Assembly: GCA_937890335.1 (NCBI GenBank)
Contig: CALBXO010000841.1
Coordinates: 200-64,199 of the forward strand
DNA from: an uncultured Pseudomonadota bacterium
GTDB lineage: Bacteria; Myxococcota_A; Bradymonadia; Bradymonadales; GCA-2716585
Length of the DNA stretch: 64,000 nucleotides
Reading direction: 5' to 3'
Shown: piece after piece, positions 36,358 to 45,592 of the stretch
How the letters are laid out: every line of letters starts with the position of its first letter
How positions within the stretch are numbered: position 1 is the first letter of the stretch
Made by a program: the position numbers and the translations under genes
Notes under the pieces: model-generated
Databases searched by the model: none
Seen by the model: the letters and a program-made list of their open reading frames with translations, nothing else
Told to the model about the DNA's origin: nothing

Positions 36358-37137
36358 CTACGACCCATGGCTGGACTTGAGGCGTCCTTCATAGGTGCGT
36401 CGCAGACCCCGCATCAAAGCGCGATCGCCAGCCTTCTGATCCGCCAACCTGACCGGATCCATGGACTCAATCGCGTAGTGGACAACGTTAAGCGGAAAAC
36501 TATACCACCCCCTACCCTTAGTCAACACGGGTGGATCGCACCGAATGAACAGTGGCTGAAGCGGCACTCCGGCCGCCCGCGCAATGCGCATCGCACCCCT
36601 TTTGAAAGGCAATAACTCACCTGGCGAGCTGCGGGTCCCCTCGGGAAAAATCAGCACAGGACAGCCACTCATGACACTGGCGCAGGTGCGCTCCACGACC
36701 TCGATTCCACCTGCCGCCGTGCCGTCACCGCCATCGAGGAAGCCGCAACAACGAAACAGGAGTCCCAGGAGCGGATTGTGGTATCGCTTGCCTTTGACCA
36801 GCACCGTGGCGTCCGGGTAGGCAGCGAGCAGCGCGATGACGTCCACGAGGGTCGGATGGTTGGCCACGAGGACAAAGCAGGGCGCCGGACGGGGCGGGTC
36901 GAAGGACCGGGGGTTGTAGTCGAAAAACCCCATCCATCGCATGTAGTCGAAGAACCACCGAAACGTCGTGGACACCCAGCGCCGGCAGCGGCGGGCGCGC
37001 ACTTCTGACGGGCCAGGGCCGAGCAGCCATACGAGGGGAAGCACCGACCACCCGAGGACGCCCCCGCCGCAGTAGAACACCACGAACGCCGCCCCGACCA
37101 GACCGCTGCGGACCCAGCGATGGACTGTCTTCCACAC
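36358..37137 (-). CDS. PlsC-type lysophospholipid (1-acyl-glycerol-3-phosphate-like) acyltransferase, first gene of the cluster, copy 1
   Basis: HX4D motif VANHPTLVD and FPEGTRS block. N-terminal TM segment. Confidence 0.85.
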   Translation of the reverse strand: MWKTVHRWVRSGLVGAAFVVFYCGGGVLGWSVLPLVWLLGPGPSEVRARRCRRWVSTTFRWFFDYMRWMGFFDYNPRSFDPPRPAPCFVLVANHPTLVDVIALLAAYPDATVLVKGKRYHNPLLGLLFRCCGFLDGGDGTAAGGIEVVERTCASVMSGCPVLIFPEGTRSSPGELLPFKRGAMRIARAAGVPLQPLFIRCDPPVLTKGRGWYSFPLNVVHYAIESMDPVRLADQKAGDRALMRGLRRTYEGRLKSSHGS

Positions 37138-37146
37138 GACGCGGCA

Positions 37147-37174
37147 TTGTGGGCGAGACGGCTGCGGCCCACAA
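37147..37174. promoter_or_regulatory. Perfect 8-bp inverted repeat TTGTGGGC-N12-GCCCACAA just upstream of the first cluster gene, copy 1
   Basis: Read directly from sequence. It lies 10 nt upstream of the plsC-like start (37137) and 135 nt downstream of the kinase stop. It could be an operator, a 5'-UTR hairpin or a weak terminator. Confidence 0.25.
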
Positions 37175-37308
37175 GAGCGTCAGCGGAATCCACATCCTTG
37201 GAATCGGCTCGAAAGATGAACGGGCCGGCGCCAAAGGAGCCAGCCCATTGCCTGCTCGCCCAGTATCCCTTCGGTGCCGACCCCTGCCTGGGTACCCCGG
37301 TACGCCCG

Positions 37309-38904
37309 TCAGGCGTTGGGAGCGGGCCGACCGACTTCCGCTTCGGACTGGTCCACAGCCGCCGCGAGTACGCGCAAGAGCGCCTCGTCTTCGAACGCGT
37401 CGGCCAGGACGCGCACGCGCGTCGCGAAGGGGCTGGGCTGCTCGCGTTCCAGCTGGCGACACAGCGCGGCGATGGCGTCGAGATTGCCCACTCTGGCCAG
37501 GGTGGACATGCGCGCCAATGTGTCGCCGGACGGCAATCGCTGGGCGTGGACCTCGTCGGACACGGCGTCGGACGCCGCACCGATGGTCGGGCCTTCATGC
37601 CCCGTTGCTGAAGCTGACCTTGTGGGCAGCGTCCCCGGCGGCGCCGCGGACAACGGCAGCGTGAAGAAGAACGTCGAGCCCGCCCCGTACTCGCTGCGCA
37701 GCTGCAGGTCCCCGCCCATCAGATCCACAAGCCGCTGCGAGATCGCCAGCCCCAGGCCGACGCCGTCGGCCTCACGCTTGCCGGCCTCCGCTTGCTGGAA
37801 GGACTCGAAGATGGTGTCCCTCGTGGATGGCTCGACCCCGGGTCCGGTGTCCTCCACCTCAAACAGGATACCTTCCGGGCCCTGTGAGACGAGCAGCACA
37901 ACGTGTCCCGTCCCGGTGAATTTGACGGCGTTGCCCACGAGGTTGAGCAGCACCTGCCGCAGGCGTTTTCCGTCCGCCCAGACCCACTCGGGAGCGGCCG
38001 GGTCGAGTCTGAGTCCGAGTGTCAGGCCCTTGGATGACGCTCGCCGGCGCAGAAGGTTCACCACGGAATCGAGCAGGGATTTGAGGTGGACCTCCGTAGG
38101 GTCGAGTTCCAGCCTGTCCGCCTCGACCCGTGCCAGATCCAGCAGGTCATCCACGACTGCACTGAGGTGCTGGCTGCTGTCTTCAATGATCCCCAGTCCC
38201 TGCGCGGTTTCTGCATCGATGCCTGCGCGGCGCAGAAGCGCTTGCGCGTAGCCTAGAATCGCATTGAGCGGTGTGCGGATCTCGTGACTCACCGTGGCCA
38301 GAAACGCGGTCTTTGCTCTGCTCGCGGCCTCGGCCGAGGCCCGCGCCGCAACCTCCAGCGTCACCTTGCGCTCCTCCTCCAGGGAGTGCGCCAGCACCTT
38401 GTGCCCAAACTCGGCGACAAAGCCCACCATGACGCCGATCGCCACCATCATCAGGCCGCGGGCGACGACCGAATGCCAGGTCCCCAGGTGCTGGATCAAC
38501 CAACCATGGTCCCCGATCGCTGCGAAGGAGGGCTGTGCGAGGTAGAACACCAACAGCTGCTGCGCCCCCGCCCAGACGCCCATCACCATGGGCAGCCGCC
38601 GCTCCAGCGTGATGCCGCTGAGCACAGTCGCGAGAATCCAGAGCAGCGCCGGCGGTCCCACGAGGATCGAGGCCGCCCCCCACGGGAAGACGGCCTGCGT
38701 CCCCAGCGCCAGCACGGTGGGCCACGTCGAGAAGAAGAAGACGTAGCCGTACATCAGGCGCCGGTGCCCTGCGGACGGGGCCCAGCAGGCGCGGGCCAGC
38801 ACCTCCGACAGCAGCTCCCCGGTCGCGCCAGAGCGCCGCAGCATGGCGGCTGCAAACGCCCGGTCCACCGGACGCAGCAGATCCTCCTCGGGCTCATCGG
38901 TCAT
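37309..38904 (-). CDS. Junction chimera: RecD residues 1-47 fused in frame to histidine kinase residues 87-570
   Basis: The 531-aa ORF starts MTDEPEEDLL...CWAPSAGH (identical to recD) and continues RRLMYGYVFFF... (identical to the kinase at 62138..63850). It retains SHEIRTPLN, DTGPGV and GVGLGLAIS. Its ATG overlaps the stop of recB copy 2. Confidence 0.85.
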   Translation of the reverse strand: MTDEPEEDLLRPVDRAFAAAMLRRSGATGELLSEVLARACWAPSAGHRRLMYGYVFFFSTWPTVLALGTQAVFPWGAASILVGPPALLWILATVLSGITLERRLPMVMGVWAGAQQLLVFYLAQPSFAAIGDHGWLIQHLGTWHSVVARGLMMVAIGVMVGFVAEFGHKVLAHSLEEERKVTLEVAARASAEAASRAKTAFLATVSHEIRTPLNAILGYAQALLRRAGIDAETAQGLGIIEDSSQHLSAVVDDLLDLARVEADRLELDPTEVHLKSLLDSVVNLLRRRASSKGLTLGLRLDPAAPEWVWADGKRLRQVLLNLVGNAVKFTGTGHVVLLVSQGPEGILFEVEDTGPGVEPSTRDTIFESFQQAEAGKREADGVGLGLAISQRLVDLMGGDLQLRSEYGAGSTFFFTLPLSAAPPGTLPTRSASATGHEGPTIGAASDAVSDEVHAQRLPSGDTLARMSTLARVGNLDAIAALCRQLEREQPSPFATRVRVLADAFEDEALLRVLAAAVDQSEAEVGRPAPNA

Positions 38905-41900
38905 GGTGCCCTCCGCTCAAGTACAGACTCAAGGCGCTCGAGGCCCGCCAGTGTCGGCCTGCGCCGCCACACGCCGTGCCCGGACCCATGCTCCGGCACC
39001 ATGCCCCGCACAAAGGCGTAGATCACCTCGCCGAAGTGCGCCTCAAAGTCGTAGGTGGGACCCAGCCGCTGCTTCAGGAGACGGTGGAGCGCCAGCGCGT
39101 AGAGCTCGGCCTGGAGCAGGTAGCCGCGGTCCCACATGACCTTGGAGAGGCGGCCCGCCGCGTAGTCGGACCAGCGGGGACCCAGCCGGTTGGACTTCCA
39201 GTCCAGGAGGTAGAACCGCCCCTCGCGCTCGAAGATCAGGTCCAACCGCCCCTCGAGGAACCCGGTCACGGGGAGGAACCCCAGACCGGCCACCATCTTG
39301 GAGAGCGGCTCGTCAAAGCCACGCGAGAGCTGTTGGGCGCTCAGGGGCGACGACGGGTCGTAGCCGCCGCGCACGGGCAGCGCGAACGATGGCTCGCGCA
39401 GCGTTTGGGACCAAGGCAGGTCCGACAGCGTGAACCCATCGTCAAACAGGGGCGTGCGCAAGGCCCCGTGCAGCGACTCGCTCAGGAGCGGCACGGCCGC
39501 CGCGTCCACGCCGTGGGCAGCCGCGTACCGCGCGACCAGAGTCCGCAGCTCCGTCTCCGAAGCCTGGAGGTCGTGGTGTTCGAGCGCGTCGTGCACTGTG
39601 TCACCCACGTGACTGCCACCCTCGAGCTCAGCCAGAGGGATGAGACCCGTCGGCTGCGACTCGACGCGTGCCGCGCCTGACGTTCCTGCTGCGCCGGACG
39701 TCGGGCCGCCAGAGGGCTCGGGCCCCGTCTTGCCATTTGCGCTGCCGCCGTCCGACCCCACCCGCGCCTCATCGAGGCCGTCTCCATCCGACGCGTCGGC
39801 GTCCACCGCGTCGTCGTCGCGGTCCTCCCGCGGGACCTCCTGCCTCGCGGGGAGATCTTGTCCCCGCGTGAGGCTCGAGTACGAGACGCGCCGCCACCAT
39901 GTGTCCAACGGGCGCGACCGCTTCCTCGTGCGGACCGTCAGAGAATCGGGATGTACAGGGTCCTTCTCTGTCCAACGTGTGGTCTCGATCGACCCCGTCG
40001 GGTCCCACCCTCCGGCAGAAATCTGCGCGTGTTGCGCCAGGTGGTTCAGGTCCTCCTGGATGTCGCTGTCCCTCCTGACGCGGGCGCTGGCCGATGTGCG
40101 AAGATCCTCGACCGTCGCCGCGTCGCGTCCGCGGTGGAGCAGGTAGCCCATTGCGGACTCGGTCCCGGCGGGTCCCCAATAGATGACGCAGCGGTGCCTC
40201 GCGCGGGTGACGGCCACGTAGATCTGCCGCAGGTCTTCGCGCAGCTTGTCGGTCTCCATGGCGGCGGTCGCCACCGGCAGCGTGGGTACCCGGACGTCCA
40301 GGACCCAACGCGCACCCTCCGCATCCCAGTAGCGCGGCACGTCCCCGTCCGCGGTCCCGACATAGGTCGGCATCCAGGCAAACGGCAGCCAGACCCGGTC
40401 GTACTCCAGGCCCTTGGCTTTGTGGATGGTGCTGATCTGGACCGCGTCGTCGTCGGACTCCACGCGTTGTGCGGCGAGCTCCTCGTCGGTGCCTGGACCC
40501 CCGGCGGAGAACCACGCGAGCAGGCCTGCCGGCGCCCGGCGCTCCTCGAACTCCGCGCGGTGGAGCAGCGCAAAGAGGTGACGCAGGTCGGCGGCTGTGC
40601 GGCCGCCGCCGGGCCGGGACAGGATGCGCTCCAGCACGCGGTCTTCCTGCGCCCACTGCTCGAGCGCGGCGAGCACACCCTCCTCCCGCCAGGTCGCGTT
40701 CCAGCGGCGCATGGCGGTCATGCTCTGCGCCCAGAGCACGGGTGTTGCCTTGAGGTCCACCAGATCCTGGCCGGTGCGACCCATCAGCGGTGTGGCCAGC
40801 GCCTGCGCCACCGCGGAGTGGTCGCCGGGGGCGTGGAGCGCACCCAGGATCGCGTGGAGCGCCTTGGCGACCGGGCTCTGGAACGCCGTATCCGCTGTGC
40901 GCAGCACGACGGGAACGCCGCGACGCCTGAGCGCGTCACGAACCTGCGACGCTTGCCCGTTGGTGCGGGTCAGCACGGCGCACATGGAGGGAGTCGCGCT
41001 GTGACTGCTCAGCTCACGCACGATCTCTTCGGCGACCTCCTCCACGCAGACTCGCGCCAGGTTCCACTGGTTGAACGCACCGTGCTTGAGCAGGCGATGC
41101 CATCGGTCGGTCGGGCGCTGGATGTGGCGAATGTCGAGAGGCGCGCGGTCGTCGCCGAGCCGGTTGTCCTGGTGGTGGGCGTCCACCTTCTCAAACTGGA
41201 TGTCTGGGGTCGCGAACGGCATTGGCCCGTCAAAGAGGCGTCCCACCGCTTTGAGCAGCCTCTGGTCTGAGCGGAAGTTGGTCCGCAACGGTGAGCTCTT
41301 GCCCGCGGAGTTTACGGCGGCGACGTACGAGTGCACGTCCGCGCGCCGGAACGCGTAGATCGACTGCTTGGGGTCCCCCACAACCAGGAGCCGCTTGCCT
41401 GCGAACAGTTCCTTGAACACGGCCCACTGCACCGGGTCCGTATCTTGGAACTCGTCCACCATCGCCAGATCCCACCGATCCTCGACCGCGCGCTTGAACG
41501 CCACCGCCCCAGCGCTGTCGCGCACCTGCCGCAGGAGATCCTCGAACGAGCGCTCGTCGCGGCGCCGCGCTTCCTCGAGCGTTGCCACGCGGATGCGCCG
41601 CACGAGCTCTCGCCGAAGCCGCGTCGCCCAGCTCCGCAGCGCACCACCCACGCTGGCGTGCAGGGCCCGCAGCACGGCGAGCCTCTCCACAACGGGATGC
41701 ACGGGCGGCGCGTGCCCCGCGCGGGTCGCCGCGGCGATGAACTCCACGGTGAACCGGTCCGCACACGTTGGGACCGGCGCGAGCAGGTTGGGGCCCGCCA
41801 GCCACTTCAGGAGCGCGTCGATGTCATCCCGCGTTCCCTTGCCGGGAAACGACTCCGCGTAGTTCGAGGAGCGCCGACCCACGAGCGCAGGGTTGTCCAC

Positions 41901-42581
41901 GAAGGTCTCGTCCAGCGACCGCTGGCTCGCCACCTCCCGTACGAGGGCAAGAGCCTGCTCAAACGGGGCGAGATCCGGCGCGTCCCCCACGGGCTCCACC
42001 GGCTCCGGCAGCGCCACCACGTCTCGCTCCTGCGCCTTCTTGGCCAGCTCCGTCAGCGACCGGTGGCTGAACCCAGCCGTGTCCAGCGCACGCACAAACA
42101 GGGCCGATTGCTGGGTCGTCAGGCGCCGCAGCTCGTCCACGACTACCCGCTCGGCGGCCTCCGCAGCCGCGGAGCCTTCCGTATTTGACAGGGACGCGCC
42201 CGCCTCAAACGCGCACGTGACGAGCAGCCGGCTGCAGAAGCTATGGATCGTCGAGATGGCCGCGAGATCGAAATCCACGAGCGCCTGCTGAATCCCATCG
42301 ACGGCCGCGGACCCTGCACCGCGGACCCAGCGACCCAGCACGTCGTCTGGCGGGGTCCATGGGGCCCCCGCGTCGCGGGCGCGCAGCCCCTGCAGCGCGT
42401 CTCGCAGGCGCGCGCGCACCTTGGTCTTCAGTGACGCCGTGGCCGCGACCGTGAACGTCACCACGACGATGCGGTCAATGGAAACCCCACCGACGATCTC
42501 CTCGAGCACGCGCTGCGCCAGGGTAAACGTCTTGCCGGTCCCGGCGCTGGCCTGGACCGACTCAAGGTAGTCCAGCGTCAT
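38901..42581 (-). CDS. recB: RecB, copy 2
   Basis: Translation identical to 14072..17752 (offset +24,829). Confidence 0.9.
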   Translation of the reverse strand: MTLDYLESVQASAGTGKTFTLAQRVLEEIVGGVSIDRIVVVTFTVAATASLKTKVRARLRDALQGLRARDAGAPWTPPDDVLGRWVRGAGSAAVDGIQQALVDFDLAAISTIHSFCSRLLVTCAFEAGASLSNTEGSAAAEAAERVVVDELRRLTTQQSALFVRALDTAGFSHRSLTELAKKAQERDVVALPEPVEPVGDAPDLAPFEQALALVREVASQRSLDETFVDNPALVGRRSSNYAESFPGKGTRDDIDALLKWLAGPNLLAPVPTCADRFTVEFIAAATRAGHAPPVHPVVERLAVLRALHASVGGALRSWATRLRRELVRRIRVATLEEARRRDERSFEDLLRQVRDSAGAVAFKRAVEDRWDLAMVDEFQDTDPVQWAVFKELFAGKRLLVVGDPKQSIYAFRRADVHSYVAAVNSAGKSSPLRTNFRSDQRLLKAVGRLFDGPMPFATPDIQFEKVDAHHQDNRLGDDRAPLDIRHIQRPTDRWHRLLKHGAFNQWNLARVCVEEVAEEIVRELSSHSATPSMCAVLTRTNGQASQVRDALRRRGVPVVLRTADTAFQSPVAKALHAILGALHAPGDHSAVAQALATPLMGRTGQDLVDLKATPVLWAQSMTAMRRWNATWREEGVLAALEQWAQEDRVLERILSRPGGGRTAADLRHLFALLHRAEFEERRAPAGLLAWFSAGGPGTDEELAAQRVESDDDAVQISTIHKAKGLEYDRVWLPFAWMPTYVGTADGDVPRYWDAEGARWVLDVRVPTLPVATAAMETDKLREDLRQIYVAVTRARHRCVIYWGPAGTESAMGYLLHRGRDAATVEDLRTSASARVRRDSDIQEDLNHLAQHAQISAGGWDPTGSIETTRWTEKDPVHPDSLTVRTRKRSRPLDTWWRRVSYSSLTRGQDLPARQEVPREDRDDDAVDADASDGDGLDEARVGSDGGSANGKTGPEPSGGPTSGAAGTSGAARVESQPTGLIPLAELEGGSHVGDTVHDALEHHDLQASETELRTLVARYAAAHGVDAAAVPLLSESLHGALRTPLFDDGFTLSDLPWSQTLREPSFALPVRGGYDPSSPLSAQQLSRGFDEPLSKMVAGLGFLPVTGFLEGRLDLIFEREGRFYLLDWKSNRLGPRWSDYAAGRLSKVMWDRGYLLQAELYALALHRLLKQRLGPTYDFEAHFGEVIYAFVRGMVPEHGSGHGVWRRRPTLAGLERLESVLERRAP

Positions 42582-45500
42582 GGCACACTCCCGAGGATCG
42601 CCGCCGCCAGGTCGTCAAAAGCGCGCCCGGGCAACGCTGGGACGCCTACGATGGGCCCGTCCAGACGCTGGCCGCCGAAGACCCACGCCTCGTACGGGCC
42701 GGGTTCGTGGTCGTCCCGGTTTCGGGCATCGGCAAATCTGTCCACGAAGGGCAGCGGGACACGGCGCGCGTCGTGGACGATGTCCATCCAGGCCGCCAAC
42801 AACGCTCTGGCCTCCTGCTGCGGGGGCAATTCGCACTGCCACTCCCCTCCCTTGTGCAGAAGGGTGACGCCGTCCACGGGCGCACCGCTGGCCCGGAGCG
42901 CCACGGCCTGCACCCATGCCCCCAGCTTGTGCTTGCGGCCGGCAGAGGACGAGGTCCATTCACAGACTCGCCCCCCGCGCAGCGACGCGGCACCGTAGAG
43001 ACGCACGCCGTTGGTGCCGAGGTCCACCCGGTGAGGCGCTGCGGCAGGCCAAGCAAGAACAGCCCCCGCCATCCCCTCGCACACCGGCAGCACGGACTCC
43101 ACAAGCAACCTTCCTCGCGTGCCCGCAGGCACGACGCCGCGGGCTTGGAGGAGTTCGGACGGATCCGCACCCGCGAGCAGCGCGCGGGTAACCTGGGTCT
43201 TGAGCTTCCACTGGCCCAGGCCTCCGCTCCACGACTCGCCATCCAGCGGCTCCGTATCCGAGAGCGGGTCCTCCGCCTCGCGCAGGTAGATGCGCAGCGA
43301 GCGCGTGCAGAAGAATTTGATGGGGTTCTTCAGGCAGGAAATCAGCCGATGCAGCCGCAACTCCACGAGGTCCGGCGGGTCCAACGGCGTCTCCAGAAAC
43401 GTGTGGGGAGGGTCCTCGGCGCCCCGGCCACGCAGCGCAGCCTTAGCGGCGGCACAGTGGTGCTCGTCAAAGCTGCGTCCCGCCAGATAGGGGCCCGCCG
43501 CGTAGGGCTGGAGCGGGTGGTCCACGGTCACCGCGGCGGCGAGGCCCGGCTGCGCCTCCTCCAGGACATCGAGCAGCTCCGCCACCGGCACCGCCGGAGG
43601 TCGCTCCTGACCGTCGCGGGGAGAGCGGGAGGTCGTGAAGATCTCCAGCCTGTCGCGGGTGCTCAGGACCGTCTCCATAAGCAGAGCCCGGTCGTCCTGT
43701 CGCACGTTCACATCGCCATCGCGCGGGTCGGACGCCATGATGTCGTAGGCCGGTTGCGCGCCCTGCCGCGGGTAGGCGTCCTCGTCCATGCCCACCAGGC
43801 AGACCACGCGGAACGGCACGCTGCGCATGGGGACCATGGCACAGACAGTCACCCCACCTGCCAGGTAGTTGCGCCCCGGCTCTGACAGGCCAAAGCGGTG
43901 CTCCACCAGGCTCACGAAGGCGTCCAGCGGCAGCGGCTCGGTGCAGTGGGTTCCGGCACCGGCCACCTCATCGAGCGCTTGCCGGACGGCGCGCACGGTC
44001 CACCCTCCTTTCCCGCACAGATGGGCGAGCAGCTCCAGAAGCCGCTCCTGCCAGGCTGCCGCGAGGTGGAACCCAGAAAGTCTTTCCCGCGCGCGCGCGA
44101 GGCCCTCCACAAAAGAGACCAGCACACCGACCAGGTCAGACTCCGCGTCCGGCTCGGCGACGGGCGCCAGACCCAGCACGAGATCGTCGGTCCTCACTGC
44201 CAGGCCCAGGAGCATGCGGTCCAGTCCGTGCTGCCAGGTGAAGTTCTCCAGAGCGGGCAGATCGAGGCTCGCGCGGTGGGTGTCGTCCAGTCCCCAATGA
44301 ATCGCCGCGTCCCCAGCCAGCTCCCGCAGGCGAGTCATGGTGTCCGGCTCCACACCCCATTGCAGCGCCACCTCAGGCCGACCGAGCAGGTCGAGCACGC
44401 GGGTGACCTCAAACCGTCCGCGCACAAGATCCACGGCGTCGAGCAGGGCGCTGGCCGCGGTGTTGCGGACGCGCAGACTGGCGTCTGCCAGGCGCATGGG
44501 GATGGCCGGCGACGCCGCCCCGCGATCCAAGCGCAGCGCGGCGCGGATGAGGGGCCCAAAGCGGTCGATGTCCGGCGTCATCACCAGCACATCGCGCGGT
44601 TGAAGGCCGTCGTCCTCAAAGGCCTCCAGCAACACGTCGCGCAGCGCCTCCACCTGCCGCTGCTCGCCACCACATCGGTGGACACGGATGGTCGGCGCCG
44701 ACCCCGCCACAATGGGCTGCGCGGGCTGATTGGGCGCAGCGAGCGCGCGCTGCACGGCACCGAGCACGCCCTTCGCCGGCGGCGGCCCAAACAGCTCCAC
44801 GCGCTCGGCGCCTGCAAAGTGATGGTCGAGCAGCCGGCCGAACGCCGCCGCCTGCGCCCCGAGCGAGTGGTGCAGCGGGTGGCCGCGCAGCGCCCCTGGC
44901 CGGAGCACAAACAGCTCCAGCGGCACCTCCCCACCCGCCGCCGCGAGCAGCTCCATCACCGCCGGCGGCAGGATCCCCGGACAGAACACGGCGAGTCGTC
45001 CCGGCAGCGCGCGCCGATCGAGCGCCAGGCCGTCCCCGCTCCCAAAAGGACTCGCCGGCGGCACCGATCGGGGCGCTGGGCCGTCCTTGCGGGCCCCAGC
45101 GTCGGGCTCGCCTGAGCGCCGGCACACAAAGAGATGCCACAGCGTCTGCTGCCACCCCTGGCCCGGTCCCCACGCCTGTATCTCCTGAGGACGGTACAGC
45201 GCGTACCGCTCAAAGCGCGGCGCGAGGTCCAGAGCCAGCTGGGAGAGACGACGACTCTGGTACGCCGGGCCGTCTGCGAGGGACCACGTCTCCACCTCCG
45301 GCAACGCGGGCATGTGGTGGAGCAGAAGCGCCAACAGATCCCAGACCAGACGCTGACGAGACCACGCCTCGCCGCCGCCACAGAGCCTCTCCACGAGCTC
45401 CATCGGCTGAAGGAACTCGACCCCGGCACAGACCCCCGTCTGGTGCGCCAACTGCTGCTCAATCCAGGTCCCAAGCCCGTTGGAATGAACCAGTACCACG

Positions 45501-45592
45501 TCCTGGACCAGAGGCCGCGCAGGCGTGGACAGGAAACGCGCAAGCCCCTCCACGAGGAGCTCGGTCAGGTCGGAACAAAGAATTCGCGTCAT
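42578..45592 (-). CDS. recC: RecC, copy 2
   Basis: Translation identical to copy 1 (offset +24,829). Confidence 0.8.
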   Translation of the reverse strand: MTRILCSDLTELLVEGLARFLSTPARPLVQDVVLVHSNGLGTWIEQQLAHQTGVCAGVEFLQPMELVERLCGGGEAWSRQRLVWDLLALLLHHMPALPEVETWSLADGPAYQSRRLSQLALDLAPRFERYALYRPQEIQAWGPGQGWQQTLWHLFVCRRSGEPDAGARKDGPAPRSVPPASPFGSGDGLALDRRALPGRLAVFCPGILPPAVMELLAAAGGEVPLELFVLRPGALRGHPLHHSLGAQAAAFGRLLDHHFAGAERVELFGPPPAKGVLGAVQRALAAPNQPAQPIVAGSAPTIRVHRCGGEQRQVEALRDVLLEAFEDDGLQPRDVLVMTPDIDRFGPLIRAALRLDRGAASPAIPMRLADASLRVRNTAASALLDAVDLVRGRFEVTRVLDLLGRPEVALQWGVEPDTMTRLRELAGDAAIHWGLDDTHRASLDLPALENFTWQHGLDRMLLGLAVRTDDLVLGLAPVAEPDAESDLVGVLVSFVEGLARARERLSGFHLAAAWQERLLELLAHLCGKGGWTVRAVRQALDEVAGAGTHCTEPLPLDAFVSLVEHRFGLSEPGRNYLAGGVTVCAMVPMRSVPFRVVCLVGMDEDAYPRQGAQPAYDIMASDPRDGDVNVRQDDRALLMETVLSTRDRLEIFTTSRSPRDGQERPPAVPVAELLDVLEEAQPGLAAAVTVDHPLQPYAAGPYLAGRSFDEHHCAAAKAALRGRGAEDPPHTFLETPLDPPDLVELRLHRLISCLKNPIKFFCTRSLRIYLREAEDPLSDTEPLDGESWSGGLGQWKLKTQVTRALLAGADPSELLQARGVVPAGTRGRLLVESVLPVCEGMAGAVLAWPAAAPHRVDLGTNGVRLYGAASLRGGRVCEWTSSSAGRKHKLGAWVQAVALRASGAPVDGVTLLHKGGEWQCELPPQQEARALLAAWMDIVHDARRVPLPFVDRFADARNRDDHEPGPYEAWVFGGQRLDGPIVGVPALPGRAFDDLAAAILGSVP

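Larger units (their letters stand above)
13934..38762. repeat. Tandem duplication unit 1 (24,829 bp)
   Basis: All ORFs in all frames recur with identical translation at +24,829. The boundary was read from sequence (GGT at 13934-13936; 13933 differs from 38762). Confidence 0.95.
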
